Assembly: GCA_035414525.1 (NCBI GenBank)
Contig: DAONZA010000008.1
Coordinates: 1 to 51,891 of the forward strand
Direction of reading: 5' to 3'
Source of the DNA: Polyangiaceae bacterium
Lineage (GTDB): Bacteria > Myxococcota_A > Polyangia > Polyangiales > Polyangiaceae
Length of the DNA stretch: 51,891 nucleotides
Part shown: piece by piece, positions 18,488-26,437 of the stretch
Layout of the letters: each line of letters begins with the position of its first letter
Position numbering within the stretch: the stretch's first letter is position 1
The notes under the pieces: model-generated
Database searches by the model: none
What the model saw: the letters and a program-made list of their open reading frames with translations, nothing else
What the model was told of the DNA's origin: nothing
Translations under genes and position numbers: made by a program

Positions 18488-18771
18488 GACTTCTCCTTGG
18501 CGACCTCGACGAAACGCATCCGCAGTTCATATAAAATATGCTCGAGCAGACGTTCTTCTTCTCCCGTGAGGTTGCCCTTGGTTTTTTCCGAAAGAATCTC
18601 GAGCAAATCAATGGTTTGTCGGGCCAAAACGAGATTGGGCGTTCGCGCAACCCCGTCGGGGGATGGCGCGTCCCCGAGATGCACGAGCGCGGAATGACTC
18701 AACGACAACACGAACGTGGAAAAATCCGTCTTTGGAAGTTCAGTGGCTTGTTGTGCCTTTTCGTCCGCCAT
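18484..18771 (-). CDS. Small DUF1844-family protein
   Basis: 95 aa. FSTFVLSLSHSALVHLGDAPSPDG ... IDLLEILSEKTKGNLTGEEERLLEHILYELRMRFVE matches my recollection of the DUF1844 consensus. It overlaps the htrA start by 4 nt. Confidence 0.55.
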   Translation of the reverse strand: MADEKAQQATELPKTDFSTFVLSLSHSALVHLGDAPSPDGVARTPNLVLARQTIDLLEILSEKTKGNLTGEEERLLEHILYELRMRFVEVAKEKS

Positions 18772-18796
18772 GCTCGCCTCCCATAGGGCCCGTAAC

Positions 18797-19156
18797 TCAG
18801 TAATCGTCCTCGTTCTTGGCGTGAGGAATGATAGGCTGCATCATCGGTAGTCCGGGAGCCGCGGGGGCGTATCCCATCGACGGTGACCCTTGGACTGCCG
18901 AAGGCTCTTCCTCGTGCTTGTCTTCCGCGGTCGGCAATGTGGGTTGACGCGCCTCCATCGCATCGACGTTGTTGGTCACGTCCACGAGGTTGTCGTAGTA
19001 CCTATCCACTTCGTCTTTCTTCAGACGACCGGTTTTCAAGTTCCGGTCTCGAACGCGCACATCGAAGTCCCATAAAATTCTAGTGTCCGTCATCATTTCT
19101 CCATCATGGTACTCGCCTTGGGCTGAGCCGTATGACCCTGGATCTTTGCGAGGCAT
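18797..19156 (-). CDS. Hypothetical acidic protein downstream of the Ser/Thr kinase
   Basis: ORF in the kinase orientation, 40 nt after the kinase stop. An alternative start is MMTDT at 19096. No recognisable motif. Confidence 0.4.
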   Translation of the reverse strand: MPRKDPGSYGSAQGEYHDGEMMTDTRILWDFDVRVRDRNLKTGRLKKDEVDRYYDNLVDVTNNVDAMEARQPTLPTAEDKHEEEPSAVQGSPSMGYAPAAPGLPMMQPIIPHAKNEDDY

Positions 19157-19195
19157 TGGTCAACAGGCGGAGCGTCGCTTGGCAGGTTTGCAGTC

Positions 19196-20557
19196 TCAAT
19201 ACCCTAGGTCAATGGTTGTCGTCGAGGGCGGTAACGTTCGACTTGGTCCCCGGCTTGCGGTTTGGACAGCCGATGCCTGGGGTGGGCGTATTTTTGGGCG
19301 TGATGACGATGGCGCATCCGAGGCGGCAGCATTCGAGGCCATCGATTCAGGCAAGGAAATTGAGGCTTCCTCTTCCGAGTTCGCTGCGGGCGCAATCATG
19401 TTAACTATTTGTATTTCCTCAGGAAAATAAGGATGGGACGCCTCGGCGGCCATCGGTTCGGAAAGGGAAGCCGACGAATACCACCAGCCCACCAGCAGCG
19501 ATGCGCAAGCTCCCAACAGCACGAGTGTTCCTCCCAACACACCCCTGGACATTCGGCTGCGCCCTGGCGGATTCGTGGTCGCGACTTGTGTCGTGGCACT
19601 CTCGATCGATGAATGAGAAGCATTTGTGCGGCTTTCGACCAGGTGCGGGTTGAGAAGGTCGGTGGCGAAGGACTGAGGGGGCGATGAACCCGACGCCGCC
19701 CATAACGATGAGGCGAGTTCTTTGGCAGAGTCAAAGCGCATCTCGCGGTCCCGGGCCACGCAACGACGGAACCAATCGTCGAAAGCCTTAGGAAGGGAAG
19801 GAACGAGTGTGCTGGGGAGCACGGGATCTTTGGTGCAGATATTGACAACGATATCGCCGACGGCTTCGCCTTGGAACGGTAGGGTGCCGACGGCGCAGCG
19901 GTAAGCGATGACGCCCAGGGCCCAAAGGTCGCTCCTATGGTCGATATCCCGAAGGCCGCGAGCCTGTTCTGGACTCATATACACGGGCGTTCCTAAAATC
20001 GTACCGGAACGCGTCGACGATGGCTGAGACAGCGGGGTGCCTTCGATGAATTTGGCAATGCCGAAATCGACGATCTTCGCCACGGTTTCGTCTTCATCGG
20101 GAGACTCGGTCAGGAAGATATTCTCTGGTTTGAGATCACGATGCACGATGCCATGCTCGTGCGCTTTGGACAGGCCGCGAGCGACCTGGTCGATGATCCG
20201 TGCCACTTCGACAAGAGGCAGACGGTGATTGGTAGCGGCACGCTCTTCGAGCGTTTGCCCCCGAAGGTATTCCATGACGATGAAAGGACGACCATCGGGC
20301 ATCACTCCATGGTCGAAGACGGTGACGACATAACGAGAGGAAAGCGTTGCCGCGGCGCGGGCTTCCTTGTCGAATCGATTCCGTGCTTCGTGGTTTTCGG
20401 CCAGGTCGTGTTCGATCATCTTGATCGCGACCTTCGTTCCCAACGTAATGTGTTGCCCCTCCCAGACCGTGCCCATTCCCCCTTGTCCGATCATGCGTAT
20501 CAATCGGTACTTGCCGGCTATCCATTCGCTGTTCGGAGCGTCTGCTGCGTCGTTCAT
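19196..20557 (-). CDS. Eukaryotic-like Ser/Thr protein kinase with a single TM and a Ser/Pro-rich extracytoplasmic tail
   Basis: Kinase subdomains are present: GQGGMGTVWEG...VAIKMI (Gly loop and Lys), HRDLKPENIFL, DFGIAK, GTPVYMSPE. The TM is VLGGTLVLLGACASLLVGWWY. Confidence 0.9.
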   Translation of the reverse strand: MNDAADAPNSEWIAGKYRLIRMIGQGGMGTVWEGQHITLGTKVAIKMIEHDLAENHEARNRFDKEARAAATLSSRYVVTVFDHGVMPDGRPFIVMEYLRGQTLEERAATNHRLPLVEVARIIDQVARGLSKAHEHGIVHRDLKPENIFLTESPDEDETVAKIVDFGIAKFIEGTPLSQPSSTRSGTILGTPVYMSPEQARGLRDIDHRSDLWALGVIAYRCAVGTLPFQGEAVGDIVVNICTKDPVLPSTLVPSLPKAFDDWFRRCVARDREMRFDSAKELASSLWAASGSSPPQSFATDLLNPHLVESRTNASHSSIESATTQVATTNPPGRSRMSRGVLGGTLVLLGACASLLVGWWYSSASLSEPMAAEASHPYFPEEIQIVNMIAPAANSEEEASISLPESMASNAAASDAPSSSRPKIRPPQASAVQTASRGPSRTLPPSTTTIDLGY

Positions 20558-20643
20558 CGTTTCGTTCGCCGCCCCTAGACTACCTTTTCCTTGGTGCGGT
20601 CGCCAACCGTAAGCATTCTATCCTTGCTCAATGTGCGCTACGC

Positions 20644-23352
20644 ATGGCTCCCATGACGACGCTTCCTCCGGTTGGGGCCACCGATGCCCTGTATATCGTT
20701 GATCTGTCTGGCTACGTGTTTCGCGCATACCACGCGATTGCTCCGCTTTCCTCTCCGACCGGCGAGCCGTCGCATGCCACCTACGGCACTATCACGATGC
20801 TCAACCGACTGATCGATGAGCGAAAGCCGACGCTGATGGCGGTGGCCATGGATTCGAAAGGTCCGTCGTTTCGAAAGCAAATCGACAATGCCTACAAAGC
20901 GAATCGCCCGCCTCCTCCCGAAGACCTTTCGATTCAAATGCAACGCGTTCGCGGGCTCGTGTCCTTGCTTGGTCTTACCGTCTGGAAACAAGATGGTTTC
21001 GAAGCGGATGACTTGATCGCCAGTGGGGTGAAACGAGCCTGCTCGGAAGGTCTTCGCGTGGTGATCATCAGCGCGGACAAGGACCTCATGCAGTTGGTTG
21101 GTGCATCTGTGGTTATGTGGGACACGATGCGCAACAAGGTGTACGGGCCCGCGGAAGTGCGAGAAAAATTTGGGGTTTTTCCTGATAAAATGAGGGATCT
21201 TCTCGCCATGACGGGAGATAGTTCCGACAATGTGATGGGCATTCCCTCGGTCGGACCGAAAACGGCGGCCAAGCTGCTGGATCAATACGGATCCATCGAA
21301 GGGGTGTACGAAGGAATCGACGAGATCAAAGGCAAGCTTCGGGAGAACCTTGTCGAGCATCGCGCCTCTGCGGAACTTGCACGTTTGCTCGTGACCTTGC
21401 GCGACGACTTGGACGTTTCGTTCGAGCGATCGGCCTTGGATTTTCATGCTCGAACGGATTGGAAAGGCTTGGAGGCCGCGTATGTCGAGCTTGGGTTCTC
21501 GCGCATGCTCGAAGCGATGCGTCCACAAATGGAGATCGACTTCGATCAGCCCCAGGCAGACGATTATCGCTTGGTGCTTGAGGAGGCGGATCTTCGTTCG
21601 GCCGTGCAAGCCTGTCATGAGGCTGGCCTGATGGGCCTGGATACGGAAACGGATTCCACCGACGCCATGCGAGCTCGCCTCGTGGGAATCTCTCTATCCT
21701 GTCGTCCCCATGAGGGGTGGTACATCCCGGTCGGGCATGCTTACCTTGGCGTTCCTTCGCAATTGGACATCGACCGCGTTCGGGAAATTCTCAATCCACT
21801 GCTGATTTCGAGTGAAGTTCGCAAGGTGGGGCACCATGTGAAGTTCGACGAAACCGTGTTGCGCCGCCACGGCTTCGGTCCGATGCAAGCCGTGGCCTCC
21901 GATACGATGATCGAGAGTTATCTGTTGGACCCTGAAGCTTCCCATGGACTGAAGGAGGTTGCGAAACGCGAACTTCACGTGGAGATGATGACCTACGAGC
22001 AGGTGGTGGGAGGCAAAGGTTCGAAGGCAGTCACATTCGATAAGGTGCCACTCGAACGAGCGTCTCGTTATGCGTGCGCGGATGCGGATCTGTCTTTGCA
22101 GCTTCACCACCTGCAGCGAGATCGAATCGAACGACAAGGGATGAGCGATCTTCTCACGCAAGTCGAAATCCCGTTGATTTCCGTGCTGATAGATATGGAG
22201 AGCGCTGGCGTGCTGATCGATGTCATTCAGCTCGAGCAGCTAGGATCGATGCTGCAAGAGCGGATGAAAGAGTTGGAAGCTACAGCGAAACAGCAGGCGG
22301 GACGCGACTTCAACGTGGGTTCCCCCCGACAGCTCGAAACGATTCTCTTCGATGAGCTTGGGCTTCCTGTGAAAAAGCGGACCAAAAGCGCGCGCAGCAC
22401 CGATGCCAGTGTGCTGGAAGCGTTGGTGGACATGCATCCGTTGGTTGGGACGATTCTTGCCCTTCGTCAGCTTTCGAAGCTGCAAAGCACCTATGTCGAA
22501 ACCCTGCCGAAGTTGGTTCATCCGACCACGGGGCGTATTCATACACGGTTCAATCAAAGTGTGGCCGCCACGGGTAGGCTTTCCTCCAGCGATCCGAACT
22601 TGCAAAATATCCCGGTGCGAACGCAAGAAGGCCTGGCCATTCGTCGCGCTTTCATTGCTCCACAAGGCTATACGTTGTTGAGCGCCGACTATTCGCAGAT
22701 CGAATTGCGGGTCCTGGCGCATCTATCGAAAGATCCAGTGCTCATCGATGCCTTCAGAAATCATGAAGATATTCATTCGCGCACCGCGATGGAAATCTTT
22801 GGCGTATCGTCGCAACAGGTAACGGCCGAGCAACGTCGTCAAGCCAAGACGATCAACTTTGGTGTGATTTATGGAATGGGAGAAGTGGCGCTATCGAAGA
22901 AACTAGGGATCGAGCGGGGGGAGGCTCGACAATTCATCGATCGGTATTTTTCGCGGTACGAAGGCGTGCGAAGGTTCATGGATTCGACGTTGGAAGCGGC
23001 ACGTCAAGGGCAGGCCGTGGAAACCATTCTAGGTCGACGTCGGTATTTGCCGGATTTGCGTAGCTCAAACCGTGTCCTGCGCGCCCAAGCGGAGCGAATA
23101 GCGGGAAATACGCCAATTCAAGGGAGCGCCGCCGATCTATTGAAACTTGCAATGGTTCGTTTGGCGGCTCCTGTCGTGCCAGGGGCCAGAATGATTTTGA
23201 CGGTTCACGATGAATTGATCTTCGAAGTACCCGAAAACCATGTGGAGGAAGCCGAAAACCGCGTTCGTCAGGCCATGGAGTCGGTGATGGATCTGGATGT
23301 GCCGTTGCTCGTCGATGTCGGGGTTGGACCAAGCTGGGCCGACGCCCACTGA
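20644..23352 (+). CDS. polA: DNA polymerase I with 5'-3' exonuclease, 3'-5' exonuclease and polymerase domains
   Basis: 902 aa. The N-terminal 5' nuclease domain reads LYIVDLSGYVFRAYHA. Polymerase motif A is LLSADYSQIELRVLAHLS, motif B is RRQAKTINFGVIYGM and motif C is VHDELIFE. Confidence 0.95.
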   Translation: MAPMTTLPPVGATDALYIVDLSGYVFRAYHAIAPLSSPTGEPSHATYGTITMLNRLIDERKPTLMAVAMDSKGPSFRKQIDNAYKANRPPPPEDLSIQMQRVRGLVSLLGLTVWKQDGFEADDLIASGVKRACSEGLRVVIISADKDLMQLVGASVVMWDTMRNKVYGPAEVREKFGVFPDKMRDLLAMTGDSSDNVMGIPSVGPKTAAKLLDQYGSIEGVYEGIDEIKGKLRENLVEHRASAELARLLVTLRDDLDVSFERSALDFHARTDWKGLEAAYVELGFSRMLEAMRPQMEIDFDQPQADDYRLVLEEADLRSAVQACHEAGLMGLDTETDSTDAMRARLVGISLSCRPHEGWYIPVGHAYLGVPSQLDIDRVREILNPLLISSEVRKVGHHVKFDETVLRRHGFGPMQAVASDTMIESYLLDPEASHGLKEVAKRELHVEMMTYEQVVGGKGSKAVTFDKVPLERASRYACADADLSLQLHHLQRDRIERQGMSDLLTQVEIPLISVLIDMESAGVLIDVIQLEQLGSMLQERMKELEATAKQQAGRDFNVGSPRQLETILFDELGLPVKKRTKSARSTDASVLEALVDMHPLVGTILALRQLSKLQSTYVETLPKLVHPTTGRIHTRFNQSVAATGRLSSSDPNLQNIPVRTQEGLAIRRAFIAPQGYTLLSADYSQIELRVLAHLSKDPVLIDAFRNHEDIHSRTAMEIFGVSSQQVTAEQRRQAKTINFGVIYGMGEVALSKKLGIERGEARQFIDRYFSRYEGVRRFMDSTLEAARQGQAVETILGRRRYLPDLRSSNRVLRAQAERIAGNTPIQGSAADLLKLAMVRLAAPVVPGARMILTVHDELIFEVPENHVEEAENRVRQAMESVMDLDVPLLVDVGVGPSWADAH

Positions 23353-23358
23353 CGGTCC

Positions 23359-24294
23359 TTGCCTCTGGGGCAACCTGCACTATCGTCGGCGCCCATGGCG
23401 TGGCGTTTCGCGGTTGGTTTCTTGCTAGGTTGGGCATTCCTTCCTTCGATGGGGTGCTCCCATCGTGAACCATCCGACCAAGGGGTAGCCTCGGCGTCGT
23501 CGACGGTGTCGGCGCCTGCTCCGGTGCAACAACCTTCGAGACCGTCAATGGGCGAGAATGTGTTGGTGGAAAAAGAAGATGGGCAGTTTGTGCAAGGCCG
23601 TGTGGTCAAGGACGGCGACCCGATCACGGTGGAATATGGCGGCCGAAAAACGAAGATCAGGGTTTCCGACGACCGGGTGTATGGGCTGGGTTCTCGTGCG
23701 GCCGCGGTAACCATCAACGATTTTGCGGCGTGCAAAACTGCCCCGGATACCTGGGTGGGCTGTCTCATCAAGCAGGTCGCTTCGGGACGGGTAGAGGTGG
23801 AAGATGCGCAGGGCAAGACGTATGACCTAGCGGAGGGCGATGTGGTGGGGCTACGGGAGGAGACGCGGCGGCGGATCGGTCAAAAACACAAGGAATTGTC
23901 CGAACATAGAGATTTTTTCGCGGCCATGAACCAGCAAACACGACCGTATCAACCGCCGGGATGGGAGCCAAAACCAGGCGATGAAGTGGTGGCAAGACAC
24001 GAAGACGGCTCCTGGCGTGGAGGAAGGATTCGCCGCATCACGCCCACGAACGTGCATGTTTCGTGGGACGATAAGTCACCGCTTTCGATCCGGGAAGCGC
24101 GTGAGGTCACGCCGAAACCGAAAAAGCCGCAGGATGTGCAACCGGGGCAAATGGTTCTGGCTCGTCCGAGAAAAGGGTCGGTGTGGGAGTTGTACCGGGT
24201 GCAGAGTATCGATGCCAAAGGAGTGCTCATCGTGGACCAGGACGGACGTTCCCGCAAAGCTCGTAAAAGCGAACTCATTGCGTTCGGAAGTTGA
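23359..24294 (+). CDS. Lipoprotein built from four Tudor/SH3-like small beta modules, 7 nt downstream of polA
   Basis: Signal and lipobox FLLGWAFLPSMGCSH; an alternative start is M at 23395. Four repeats of about 45 aa of the type G(D/E)xV(V/L)AR...G.W..G....I......V.... (for example GDEVVARHEDGSWRGGRIRRIT and GQMVLARPRKGSVWELYRVQSI). Confidence 0.55.
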   Translation: MPLGQPALSSAPMAWRFAVGFLLGWAFLPSMGCSHREPSDQGVASASSTVSAPAPVQQPSRPSMGENVLVEKEDGQFVQGRVVKDGDPITVEYGGRKTKIRVSDDRVYGLGSRAAAVTINDFAACKTAPDTWVGCLIKQVASGRVEVEDAQGKTYDLAEGDVVGLREETRRRIGQKHKELSEHRDFFAAMNQQTRPYQPPGWEPKPGDEVVARHEDGSWRGGRIRRITPTNVHVSWDDKSPLSIREAREVTPKPKKPQDVQPGQMVLARPRKGSVWELYRVQSIDAKGVLIVDQDGRSRKARKSELIAFGS

Positions 24295-24751
24295 TTCCGA
24301 TCAATAGAGAGCAAGAGAATCCGCTCCGGTGACCGTGTCGTTTCCATCGAACGTCGGGGTATTGATAAACTATAATAAATACAACAATATACACGCTTAG
24401 GGCGGTGTATTGGGTGGTATTGACGTTGGTCTATCGGGGTGATTCGAAGGGCCATGGGTTGTGGGGAGGTGGTTCCGCGGGGGATGGGCCACGTAGCGGA
24501 TAAATCAGATCAACACTCGCTCACCTCCAGCGGAAAACCGTCCTTCCAGCTTCCCTGCTCACGCGATGGCGAATCACCAACGCATCGAACCAAGGCGCGC
24601 ACGGCTTACGTTCGTCGATTCAGCATAATATGGGTTGTAGCAGACGCGGCAGCCCCGTGCAGTCGGCGCTTGCACAGTCGCGGCGTTAGGGGGCTTCCCA
24701 AAATCGTGCTCAGAGCCGAAATACATGCCGATCAGTCGGTTGCGACGTTAA

Positions 24752-24780
24752 GGTAACGGTGTTATTGTAACAGCATTACA
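24752..24780. promoter_or_regulatory. Candidate TetR operator: repeated GTAAC half-sites plus the palindrome TGTAA-CAGCA-TTACA, 30 to 55 nt upstream of the TetR start
   Basis: The sequence GGTAACGGTGTTATTGTAACAGCATTACA lies directly upstream of the TetR ATG at 24809. TetR-family repressors typically bind 15-20-bp palindromes overlapping their own promoter. Confidence 0.35.
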
Positions 24781-24808
24781 TCCACGAACCGCACCGGAAG
24801 GAGCCCCC

Positions 24809-25489
24809 ATGCCAAGACGCCGTCGTTCGGAAAACGAGGTCGAAGCCGTGCGAAACCAGATCTTGGACGAGGCATTGAACTTGTTCGTGGAGGCAGGTTG
24901 GCAAGGTTTTTCCATGCGCAAACTCGGCGCTCGCCTGGGCATCGCCGCGAAAACGGTCTACAACTACTTCGCCTCCCAAGACGAATTGTACCTCGGTCTG
25001 CTCACCCGCGGCTTTCATAGCCTCGGTCAGGCTCTTGCCAAAGCGGCCGAACCCCATACCAACCCATTCGAACGGCTCGACGCGCTGATCGATGCCTACG
25101 TGACGTTTGCCTTCGACAATACACACCTATACGGGTTGATGTTCACCTGGCATGTGCCCAAGTATGACGACTACGTGGGCACGGCGATGGAGAACACGGC
25201 TCGGGTCGAACTCGAGACGGCGCTCGACAGTCTCCGCCTGACTGCCACTACCATCGCTGCCTGCACCGGCACGCCGCCAGCAAGGGATGACCTGTACTTC
25301 ATCACGGTTCGCCTGTGGACGCAGTTACATGGTTATATCGCAGGCATCCACAACCACCTCATCGACTACATGCATCCTGACCCGGCTTCTCTGAAAGAGC
25401 GCATGATCACACGGATCAAAAATAGCGTTGTCCATGAGATTCTCGCTCTGAACCCCACCGCTGCGCGTGAGCAGCCAACCCTGCAGTGA
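24809..25489 (+). CDS. TetR/AcrR-family transcriptional regulator
   Basis: The N-terminal HTH is RNQILDEALNLFVEAGWQGFSMRKLGARLGIAAKTVYNYFASQDELYLGL. It sits immediately upstream of the glycyl-radical operon, with a 15-nt gap. Confidence 0.85.
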   Translation: MPRRRRSENEVEAVRNQILDEALNLFVEAGWQGFSMRKLGARLGIAAKTVYNYFASQDELYLGLLTRGFHSLGQALAKAAEPHTNPFERLDALIDAYVTFAFDNTHLYGLMFTWHVPKYDDYVGTAMENTARVELETALDSLRLTATTIAACTGTPPARDDLYFITVRLWTQLHGYIAGIHNHLIDYMHPDPASLKERMITRIKNSVVHEILALNPTAAREQPTLQ

Positions 25490-25504
25490 GGAGGGATAGC
25501 AGCG

Positions 25505-26437
25505 ATGACGGCCATTCTGACGAAGCACGAACCGTTGCTGCTCGAGGTGAAAGGCAACGCGCTTGACGACGGTCCGGGCATTCGCTCGGTGGTTTTTTTC
25601 AAGGGCTGTAAGCTGTCGTGCCGATGGTGTCATAACCCGGAAAGTTTGAGTCAAAACGCTGAGTTGTCATTTAATGTTGCGGATTGTATTTCCGGCTGTA
25701 CCCGATGTCGTGGCCACTGCCCCGAGGACGCCATCATGCCTGGTGTCGGCATCAATCGTTGGGCCTGCACCAGATGCTTCGACTGCGTACCGGTCTGTCC
25801 ATCGGGGGCTTTGCGCCAGGTGGGTAAGCCAGCCAACGTCGCCGAGTTGATGGCCAAGCTTCGCGCGGATAAGCCCTTTTATGAAGCCTCCGGAGGCGGC
25901 GTCACCTTTTCCGGGGGAGAGCCGACTCTAGCGATGGAGCTGCTTGGGGAACTTGCCGCGGCCTGTCGTGCCGAAGGTATACACACCCTTTTAGAGACTG
26001 CCGGATACTTTCGGTGGGAGCCGTTCGAACGAGGGGTGCTGCCGCATCTGAACGCCATCTATTATGACCTGAAACTCATGGATTCCGAGGACCACCGTGC
26101 GTATTGCGGGGTGCCGAACGAGCGGATCCTGGCCAATTTCAAGCGGTTGGTGGAGCTATCCCGTGCCGGGACGTTCGATCTGCAGCCGCGCATTCCGCTG
26201 GTCCCGGATATCACCGCGACGGAAGAAAACCTGACGGCGATCGGCCGATTTCTGCTCGATGTGGGGGTTCGTCAAGTCCGGTTGCTGGATTACAATCCAA
26301 CCTGGGTAGACAAGGGTCCTCAATTGGGAATTGCTAACAAATTCACTGAGTTAGATATTATGCGGACATGGCTGCCCCGCGGCCTGGCAGCCCGACTGCG
26401 CCAACATCTCGTTGATCTCGGCCTGGAGGCGATATGA
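25505..26437 (+). CDS. Glycyl-radical enzyme activating enzyme. It is a radical SAM enzyme with two auxiliary ferredoxin-like clusters, the TIGR02494-type seen with GRE eliminases
   Basis: The radical-SAM motif is CKLSCRWCHNPE (CxxxCxxC). There are two ferredoxin-like Cys clusters, CTRCRGHCPEDAI and CTRCFDCVPVCPSGAL, and a GGE motif (FSGGEPTL). The stop overlaps the GRE start (ATGA). Confidence 0.9.
   Translation: MTAILTKHEPLLLEVKGNALDDGPGIRSVVFFKGCKLSCRWCHNPESLSQNAELSFNVADCISGCTRCRGHCPEDAIMPGVGINRWACTRCFDCVPVCPSGALRQVGKPANVAELMAKLRADKPFYEASGGGVTFSGGEPTLAMELLGELAAACRAEGIHTLLETAGYFRWEPFERGVLPHLNAIYYDLKLMDSEDHRAYCGVPNERILANFKRLVELSRAGTFDLQPRIPLVPDITATEENLTAIGRFLLDVGVRQVRLLDYNPTWVDKGPQLGIANKFTELDIMRTWLPRGLAARLRQHLVDLGLEAI

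Noticed and set aside
20638-21618. 326-aa minus-strand ORF
   Set aside because: Antisense to polA, with Arg/His-rich low-complexity translation. Shadow ORF.
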